From positions 1 to 58,215 of the IMG/VR virus record IMGVR_UViG_3300010354_000102: a stretch of 58,215 nt of DNA. One strand, given 5' to 3'. The notes below the pieces were generated by a model that was not told the origin of the DNA, ran no database searches, and saw nothing but the letters and a program-made list of their open reading frames with translations. The position numbers and the translations under genes were made by a program. The stretch comes from a virus (taxonomy: Duplodnaviria > Caudoviricetes). Positions 57,814 through 58,215 of this stretch are shown piece after piece. Positions within the stretch are counted from its first letter, which is position 1. Each line of letters opens with the position of its first letter.

Positions 57814-58055
57814 CAGTCAACCAGCAATTTCAGAGTGCCTTCGTTAACACTCTGATTGAGGAATCGACCCACTGAGATATCCTCAGAGTCGAATTCAGCA
57901 AGCAATTGTTGATCAAAACTATCAGCATCTTCAGTAGAATAAGTATAGTTCTTAGCAGAACTATAGTATTCAACTGAGACAGTATTCTTCTCAGTATCAA
58001 TTACAATGTTTTTGATAGCAGAAGAAGGAAGATCTTGGTAGTTTTTGACAGTCAT
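57813..58055 (-). CDS. KTSC-like small protein (acidic)
   Basis: SSAIKNI..D....VSVEY......YTY...SVGRFLN pattern. Confidence 0.6.
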   Translation of the reverse strand: MTVKNYQDLPSSAIKNIVIDTEKNTVSVEYYSSAKNYTYSTEDADSFDQQLLAEFDSEDISVGRFLNQSVNEGTLKLLVD

Positions 58056-58083
58056 TTCGATGTTTTTTATCGATTACTTAGTA

Positions 58084-58112
58084 ATCATACCAGTTATATC
58101 CTGGTTTGTCAA
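58084..58112 (-). promoter_or_regulatory. Sigma70-type promoter
   Basis: TTGACA-N17-TATGAT upstream of the ATG at 58055. Confidence 0.82.
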
Positions 58113-58184
58113 GGGTTTTGTGATTAGTTCTGCTTATATAATACTATTGTTATAATAAGTTATTATAATATTAAATTATAAAAC

Positions 58185-58215
58185 TTCAAAATTCTCAAAA
58201 ATCTCAAAAATCTCA
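58185..58215. repeat. 9-bp tandem repeat (CTCAAAAAT), truncated by the window end
   Basis: (T/C)TCA at 58185, 58194, 58203, 58212. Confidence 0.6.

Overview
A 58 kb piece of a T4-like cyanomyovirus genome (Kyanoviridae-like). The host is probably a Synechococcus/Cyanobium-type picocyanobacterium, which is an inference. Essentially all real genes are on the minus strand. Reading in transcription order, right to left: (1) an early-gene island at about 54.3-58.2 kb of tiny ORFs (ArdA-like, HicA-like, two KTSC-like, several very acidic mini-proteins). Most have their own promoter, and eight promoters carry the same 24-bp imperfect palindrome 29-30 bp upstream of the -10 box. A cluster of three cyanobacterial-type DnaA boxes lies nearby. 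(2) The late structural block: PAAR, gp25, gp6, gp7, gp8, a VrlC/DUF4815-like protein interrupted by one in-frame TGA (context TGA-CTAG), giant fibre/virion proteins and two LamG proteins. (3) A tightly coupled accessory operon headed by a fibre-like gene. It contains two flavin-dependent halogenases (one with Gln at the catalytic Glu position), four 2OG-Fe(II) oxygenases and a U32-hydroxylase/methyltransferase fusion. (4) gp13, gp14, gp15 and the 5' part of gp16. No tRNA, rRNA, CRISPR array or integrase was seen. All family calls come from motif recognition by eye, not database searches.
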